Assembly: GCA_951406725.2 (NCBI GenBank)
Contig: OX597833.1
Span: 14,198,001-14,262,000 of the forward strand
Source of the DNA: Octopus vulgaris
Lineage: Eukaryota
Direction of reading: 5' to 3'
Length of the DNA stretch: 64,000 nt
Part shown: positions 56,501 through 64,000 of the stretch, in pieces
How positions within the stretch are numbered: the first letter of the stretch is position 1
Layout of the letters: the number at the start of each line of letters is the position of its first letter
Program-made: the position numbers and the translations under genes
Notes under the pieces: model-generated
Databases searched by the model: none
What the model saw: only the letters and a program-made list of their open reading frames with translations
Told to the model about the DNA's origin: nothing

Positions 56501-56774
56501 TCCTATTATTTGGTGATTTGAAGCAAACTCCACCAGTCATCCGAAACGGTACAGTTACAGATGAGTTGAGATCGTTTTCGAAAGCTATCTACATCTCGAC
56601 ACGCAAGGAAAAAAACTACCTATTTTTACCTGGATAAGCGATTTCCTAGCACCACAATTTGAAATGCATTACTTCAGTTGAACGCAGGGGTCAGTTGACA
56701 GTTGACAGAGACTGGAGATTATAAAATATCCGAAAAAATAAATACGGGACAATTCACAGAAATGATGGCGGATA

Positions 56775-57194
56775 CTTTTACTTTTACTTATAATTTTACT
56801 TGTTTCAGTCATTTGACTGCGGCCATGCTGGAGCAGCGCCTTTTTAGTCGAGCAAATCGACCCCCAGCACTTATTCTTTGTAAGCCTAGTACTTATCCTA
56901 TCGGTCTCTTTTGCCGAACCGCTAAGTAACGGGGACGTAAAGACACCAGCATCGGTTGTCAAGCGATGTTGGGGAGACAAACACAGACACACAAACACAC
57001 ACACACACACATATATACATATATATACGACGGGCTTCTTTCAGTTTCCGTCTACCAAATCCACTCACAAGTCTTTGGTCGGCCCGAGGCTATAGTAGAA
57101 GACACTTGCCCAAGGTGCCACGCAGTGGGACTGAACCCGGAACTGTGTGGTTGGTAAGCAAGCTACTTACTTACCACACAGCCACTCCTGCGCC
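56775..57194 (-). mobile_element. SINE family A, full length
   Basis: Consensus match. Confidence 0.92.
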
Positions 57195-57904
57195 TATGTT
57201 AACAAACTTTCAGAGAATTATAGAAACCATGAGTAAACTGGTAAAACTTATATCGTTGTTCCTCAAAATGACCATGTACAGGAACTCTTTCTAATTTTAG
57301 AAGGCTACCAATTCTGAGGGGAGGAATAAGTTAAAGCAAAACTGCTGCTTATTTTATCGACCCCTAAAGGTTGAAAGGCAAAGTCGACATCAGAAGCATT
57401 TGAATTCAGAAAGTAAAGAGCCTAAACATTTTGTCCGGCATGGTAACAATCCCGTCAGCTCACCGCCTTTGTGCGCCTTAATAACACTACAATTCAACAG
57501 AGACGCATGCAATCTAAATGATAAAAGTCCATATCATAATCAACGTTAACGATGCTCACAACTATCTAACCGAGATTTTGAAATCTCTTCAGGACCAGTA
57601 TTGTTTTCTTATCCCAAGCTGCAGCTGTACTTGGAGTACACGCTCTGCTACCACGAAACTAAGATGAACCAAACACCTGTAACAATAAAAGACTGTCTGT
57701 GTAAATTTTCATGTTCCATGTAATGGAAGCCATCATTATGACTGGTTGTGTCAAATGAGATGCTTTCTTTCCGCGCATTCCCTAATCCCAATGCAATATA
57801 CGATTTCGTTTCAAGCGACTTAATTGTACAAATCAGATCAGATACATTCTTTCAAAATTTCTTTAACTTTAACTGCAGGAAGCAGTTTTATATACCAATC
57901 TTTT

Positions 57905-58158
57905 TCCTTTGCACCCTTTTAAAGCCTATCCAGGCACATGGGCCCGGTTTCCCGGTTTCTATGGCGTATGTGTTTCCCACCTGGACGGGACGCCAGTCCA
58001 TCGCAGCGTTACTCATTTTTGCCAGTTGAGTGGACTGGAGCAACGTGAAATGAAGTGTTTTGCTCAAGAACACAACGCGTCGCCCGGTGCAGGAACCGAA
58101 ACCACAATCTTACGATCATGATGCTGACACCCAAACCACTAAGTCACGCACCTCCACT

Positions 58159-58208
<50 letters not shown>

Positions 58209-58471
58209 AAATAAATAATAAATGCATCCTTTTTAAAGCCTACCAAGGCTCATGGGTCCGGTTTCCCGGTTTCTATGGCGTATGTGTTCCCCAACTGGAC
58301 GGGACGCCAGTCCATCGCAGCGTTCCTCATTTTTGCCAGCTGAGTGGACTGAAGCAACATGAAATGAAGTGTTTTGCTCAAGAACACAACGCGTCGCCCG
58401 GCCCAGGAATCGAAACTACAATCTTACGATCACGATGCTGACACCCTAACCACTAAGCCACGCACCTCCAC
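57905..58471 (-). mobile_element. SINE family D dimer separated by (CA)n
   Basis: Two full copies; TATATA(C/T)CAATCT on both outer flanks. Confidence 0.9.
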
Positions 58472-58882
58472 TATATATCAATCTATCTTTTGCATAAGAA
58501 CATCAGTTTTGAAACAATTCTGTGTTAACATACGTTAAGTTTATTGAGGTAACGTGACTTGCATAAAATACCAATTCTTTGTTTGGTCGATGATTAATCG
58601 CATTACGGGAATAATAATGAAATTGAAATTTATGGCTTTTTAATTTCATGGTCATAGAAACATATTTTGTTTTCAATGACCGTCAACGAGTCTCAAGAAC
58701 AATTTTTTAGTGGCTGCTGGAATGGAACTGAGAAATAAATGTTTCTCTCATTTTGCACGCTCAGCTGTTGTGCGACGCACACATCATACTTTCCATCACA
58801 GTACAATACCGCAAAAAAGAAATGCTTTCTCTTTGAATAAACAACATTTCTCTTTTAGAATTACTTCCGTTTAAGGTGCTGC

Positions 58883-59162
58883 TGTTTGTTCCTTCTCGAG
58901 CCATGCCTGGCTCAATAGGGTCGGTTACCCGGTTTCATTGACGCCGGTCCGTCATCACAGGTGAGCTGCAAGATGCAGGAGGAAAGAGTGAGAAAAAGTT
59001 GTGGCGAAAGAGCAAGCAGACATTCGCCATTACCTTCTGCCGGAGCCGTTACCTTCTGCCGTGTTTCGCTCATAAAGACATACATCGCCCGGTCTGAGAT
59101 TCGAACCTGCGATCCTTCGACCGCGATCCCTCTGCTCTAACCACTAGGACATGTGCTTCCAC
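58883..59162 (-). mobile_element. SINE family E (C-type head + D-type tail)
   Basis: Homologous to 15025-15353; TCCGTTTAA on both flanks. Confidence 0.85.
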
Positions 59163-59659
59163 ATCCGTTTAAAGCGTTGCTTTCAAATTAGAATTACAGG
59201 AAAATATATTATAACGGAAAATTATATTAATATAATTTGCTTCAGTTCCAAATTAAAAAAAAAGAAAATTATGACTAAATTCGGTTTGCGAAAGTTTTGA
59301 ACATCGTAGAAACCCGCAAAATTCAGATTAGAGATGCATATGTGTTACACTAAGAATATATGTAAATATAATTACGTACAGAAATAATTCCTTACTATAA
59401 ATTGTTGTAAGTCATATAAGTGTAATACAAAATATCTCAACATATTCGGCACCAGGGCAAAGTCAGTGTCACAGACATGCACACATAAATCTCAAATACA
59501 CACACAAAAAAAAAAAACAGAAGATACAAGACAAAACAAAACAAAATCACAGATACGCAAACGCATGCGCACATACGGTCTTAGTTATGCAACTAAGATA
59601 TTTGCATGACATAATTTGGCTTCGGTGTGTTTGACAATGGAGTAATTGTAATTCTATAT

Positions 59660-60085
59660 ACTCTTTTCTACTCGAGACGCAAGGCCCGAAATTATGGGGG
59701 AAGGACGCTAGTCGATTAGATCAACCTCAGTACGCTACTGGTACTTAATTTATCGATCCTGAAAAGATGAAAGGCAAAGTCGACCTCGGCGGAATTTGAA
59801 CTCACAACAGAAAGTGGGACGAAATGCTGTTAATAATTTTGCCCGGCGTGCTAACATTTCTTATTTCTTTATTGCCCACAAGGGGCTAAACATAGAGGGG
59901 AAAACCAGGACAGACAAAGAGATTAATCCGACTACATCGACCCCAGTGCGTAACTGGTACTTAATTTATCGACCCCTAAAGTATGAAAGGCAAAGTTGAC
60001 CTCGGCGGAATTTGAACTCAGAACGGAAAGAGGGACGAAATACTGCTAAGCATTTTGTCCGGCGTGCTAACGGTTCTGCCATCTC
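59660..60085 (-). mobile_element. SINE family B plus variant-tail copy in tandem
   Basis: Family B consensus blocks, diverged. Confidence 0.85.
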
Positions 60086-60770
60086 GTTGAATTTCAAATG
60101 GCAGAATATAAGTAATAACTACAGAGGTTTCTGGAGGAGATTTATAGCACTTAACAAATAATACACACTGCAAGTTATTAGTAACCCTTGACATAAAAGT
60201 TTGTTTATACATACACACATACACACACACACACACACGCACACACACACACATACACATACAAACGCACAAACAAGCACAGACACACAGGTGGACATAA
60301 AACCCATTCAATAAATGCTTTTAAGCCACTCCCTTAGTTGGAAACCACAAAAATTTCTTTTCGATAATAGACAACTACACCTCTTACTCTTCAACACTTC
60401 GAACTCTATACCAAGTGCTACAAGGGAAAAAGACTTCAACGAAAGAATTCCAAACACGTTTTTGACACCCCAACAAAATTACTTTTACTTGAAATTTTTA
60501 TAAATTTGTACTGATATCTGATAAGTTGATGTTCATTACCGAAACCAGTAATATTTTCTTTATATAATTTTACAAATAATTTTTATTAAATTCCTTCTTT
60601 AATTGAAATATCTTAGATTTACTTCTGTGTTATTTCCACCTCCATGTATTATATATAAAAAATTGATTTGCAACATTTTTCCAACCTATATATATATGTG
60701 ATCTCTTGAGCACCACCAGCTCAAATATTTTCTCCTCTGTCTTCCCTCCTTGGGATCTTTCCTTCTCCTT

Positions 60771-60805
60771 GTTTCCGACGAAGAGCTCCGCTCGAAACGT
60801 TAAAC
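60771..60805 (+). ncRNA. Minimal hammerhead-like motif in a Penelope pLTR-like segment
   Basis: GUUU-CCGACGA-A-GAGC(UCC)GCUC-GAAA-CG-UU-AAAC: stems I and II are present with palindromic AACGUU, but the core is variant (U4C, extra A). Confidence 0.45.
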
Positions 60806-60921
60806 CCTCCTTCCCTTCTTTCCTGAGCGTTAATAATACTTTAATTGTTCCACGTCCTGCGTTGCTGTGTTTTTTTTTTTTTTCTTTTTTTTTCTTTTTT
60901 TCTGTGTTTTCTTGTTTGGAT

Positions 60922-60990
<69 letters not shown>

Positions 60991-61140
60991 GGTTTAGGTA
61001 ATTGAGATTCAAGTGAATTCTAAAGAATTCACATGAATATGGTCCTTAACTAGGATGCACCGGAAATCTATATGGTGTTAACCATACGACAAGTGGGGTG
61101 ATTACAAATAGGAAAAAAGCAACAAGAATGGATTAAAATA

Positions 61141-61224
61141 TCGGTACAATTGTTTCGTACGAGGACATCTTTAATAAGCTACAAAAAATGCAGTAAATAC
61201 AGATGGCTCGTACTCGTCAGCCGA
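61141..61224 (-). ncRNA. Type I hammerhead ribozyme (minus-strand copy)
   Basis: UCGG-CUGACGA-GUACGAG-[43 nt]-CUCGUAC-GAAAC-AAUU-GUA-CCGA; predicted cleavage between 61145 and 61144. Confidence 0.85.
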
Positions 61225-61440
61225 AAAAACATCAGAGATTCCCAAACATCAAAAGGGGTAGATACAAATGAGGGTGTGAGATTAACTGCATTGAAGAACG
61301 TTATAGTTCATAGTGAATTGTTAATCAAGTAACTTGATTAACAACTTGATCTCCAGGAATCGAACGTTCTTCAATGCAGTTAATCTCACACCCTCATTTG
61401 TATCTACCCCTTTTGATGTTTGGGAATCTCTGATGTCTTT

Positions 61441-61524
61441 TCGGCTGACGAGTACGAGCCATCTATATTTACTGCATTTTTTGTAGCTTATTAAAGATGT
61501 CCTCGTACGAAACAATTGTACCGA
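61441..61524 (+). ncRNA. Type I hammerhead ribozyme (plus-strand copy)
   Basis: Complete core CUGANGA/GAAA/GUA; stem I UCGG:CCGA; stem II 7 bp extended by CAUCU:AGAUG; short stem III AC:GU with palindromic AAUU loop. Predicted cleavage after A61520. Confidence 0.87.
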
Positions 61525-62019
61525 TATTTTAATCCATTCTTGTTGCTTTTTTCCTATATATATATATATATATATATATATAATGGCTACATCAGCACCA
61601 TTAGCAATAACAAAAACAATCTTTATCACCAACGTGGCTTGGATGTTGTGCTAGAACAGAGAATACTGCATTATTTCCCTAGAGAGGACCCCTCATAAGG
61701 AGTCGCGGTGCACAAAAAAATCGTATTTATGTCGTTGACAGAGGAGAACCGTTTGCTACGGCCGCCGAAAGTTCACAGGATTTCACCCTAGTTTTGAGTT
61801 CCTCAGTGAAAGGTCGTGAGTAACGAGGTAACAGTGGAATCTTCTCGTGAACAATAAATAGAATATCATTCTTCGTTCAGATATTGATGTGGTAAATAGC
61901 TGGAGGACTTATTAAAAAATAATTGATAGCGAGAAAAATACTTTGAAGAGCGAACGGCATCTTTTTCGCGAAATTAAAGAATGCTTTTATCCACTATGAG
62001 TCCATAGGCGAGGTCTGCG

Positions 62020-62113
<94 letters not shown>

Positions 62114-62997
62114 CTGTGTATATTTACACACACACTCTCACAGACACACAGAGACACAGATACGCACACACACAAACATTGATAGATTAATAGATAGATA
62201 GATGGATGGATGGACAGATTATTAGATTGATAGATAGATTGATATATAGATAAATAGATGTGTGGGTGGGTGTAGTAAAAATTATAGTATATTATTATAT
62301 TAATTACACTTCCATCACAGCACAATATCATCGCTGTGATTATTCAAATGATATTCGTTGAATCTTTTATATACACAAGACACATTTAAATCGTAGTAAC
62401 TGGTGCCTTGTGATTAGAAACAAACATTTGCATGTTGAAAAGAATAATTATCGATTTGCTATCCATAAGTCAGAAAAGAAAGCACACTCTAATAGAAAAT
62501 AAATGGTTTATATTTTTAGACATCGAGCAATGTGTTGTTGGCTATGGCGTGTAACTGGCAAGAATCTTACCGTCTGTTTCGCATAAACTACTACACTTGG
62601 CAATATTGACGACACTTTAGACATACTGGCCGGAAGTCGACATTCTTTTTATGGTGGAAGGATATGTATACACACAAACACACAAATGCACACAGGCACA
62701 CAATTATCATTGATGCTAATATACTGAAACGAAAATTGGTAGAACGTTATAACGTTTTCCGGGAGGTAAAGAAGAGTGGTCTGCCTTATACTAGAAATGA
62801 TTTTGTTTTTATTATTTCATATCATTTCTCCATATAGAATTTCTAATATATATATAAGCTTAAGTCAAGGTTTGCAGTTACATTTTTAAAATATGAGTCA
62901 TATTTTTTGTCATTTAATATTATAAATTAATAGGCATTACTTCGATTTATTTTTGTTATACTGAGTATTTATTAATCGCATAATCAAGAAAGACACA

Positions 62998-62998
<1 letters not shown>

Positions 62999-63089
<91 letters not shown>

Positions 63090-63090
63090 A

Positions 63091-63188
<98 letters not shown>

Positions 63189-63200
63189 ATATATATATCT
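62999..63200. repeat. (TCTA)n microsatellite
   Basis: Directly visible. Confidence 0.97.
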
Positions 63201-63432
63201 ATTAATGAAATGTAGAAAATAAATATGGTATTGTATACTTTATGAAACATACATGTGTTTCGGCAAATTAACTGTTGGGATTCCATAATTACTTCTTGAA
63301 ACATAATAGACTAGTCCCTTCCCCCGAGATTGCTGGCCTTGTGGCAAAATTTGAAACCAATATATGAAGATAAATTGAATTAAATATTTGATGGCTCTAA
63401 AAGGATTAGGGCAAATGGAAAATTCCTGTTTT

Positions 63433-63471
63433 ATACATACATACACGCACACACATACGTACATACATACA

Positions 63472-63505
<34 letters not shown>

Positions 63506-63782
63506 CATGCATGCATACACATATATATATACATACATACATATATATATATACATATATACATACACACACATATATATATATATATATAAAAAAGTTT
63601 CAACGGTCTAACTGTATATTTGTAATACATCAGTAAATGCACATAAGTATATGGAAGTGTATGTATATATGTGTTTATGTTGATTGACATATACACAAGC
63701 ATAAATATATACATATGTATGTATGTGTACATACATCTATAGATAATGCAAGATACATACGGATAAACACATTATCGCATTG

Positions 63783-63854
<72 letters not shown>

Positions 63855-63930
63855 TAAACACACACACACACATATATATATATACACACACTTGCACACA
63901 CAGACGCAATGTTATACGCACACACAAGTG
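63433..63930. repeat. (TACA)n/(TA)n/(CA)n compound microsatellite
   Basis: Directly visible. Confidence 0.9.
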
Positions 63931-64000
63931 GTTTCACACGAGCACACAGTCACATACACAAGCTCCGTGCACACTTTGTATAAATAGACAAAGATGAACA

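Larger units (their letters stand above)
61108..61557. repeat. 450-bp palindrome: 195-bp arms and a 60-bp spacer with an inner 13-bp hairpin
   Basis: 61108-61302 is the reverse complement of 61363-61557 (two mismatches by eye); inner TTGTTAATCAAGT-A-ACTTGATTAACAA at 61318-61344. Confidence 0.97.

Overview
Eukaryotic, AT-rich DNA saturated with microsatellites and repeats, with no recognisable intact host gene. The repeat repertoire suggests a coleoid cephalopod such as Octopus; this is inference from pattern recognition, not a database hit. Nearly all supplied ORFs are translations of simple repeats or SINEs. Real content: (i) four to five families of tRNA-derived SINEs, many with target-site duplications (TSDs), built from shuffled head/tail modules and often multimeric; (ii) about nine non-autonomous Helitron-type elements (A|TC...hairpin-CTAG|T); (iii) decayed autonomous elements: a near full-length Penelope-like element (RT + GIY-YIG), HERO-type and R4/Dong-type endonuclease fragments, a Tx1/L1-like 3' end and a mariner C-terminus; (iv) a 3.0 kb tandem duplication, a structured 198-bp tandem repeat and a local inverted template-switch copy. 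The most striking signal is a set of long palindromes next to (TA)n tracts that carry hammerhead-ribozyme motifs. One 450-bp palindrome (61108-61557) encodes a complete type I hammerhead on BOTH strands. Family labels A-E are my own working names.
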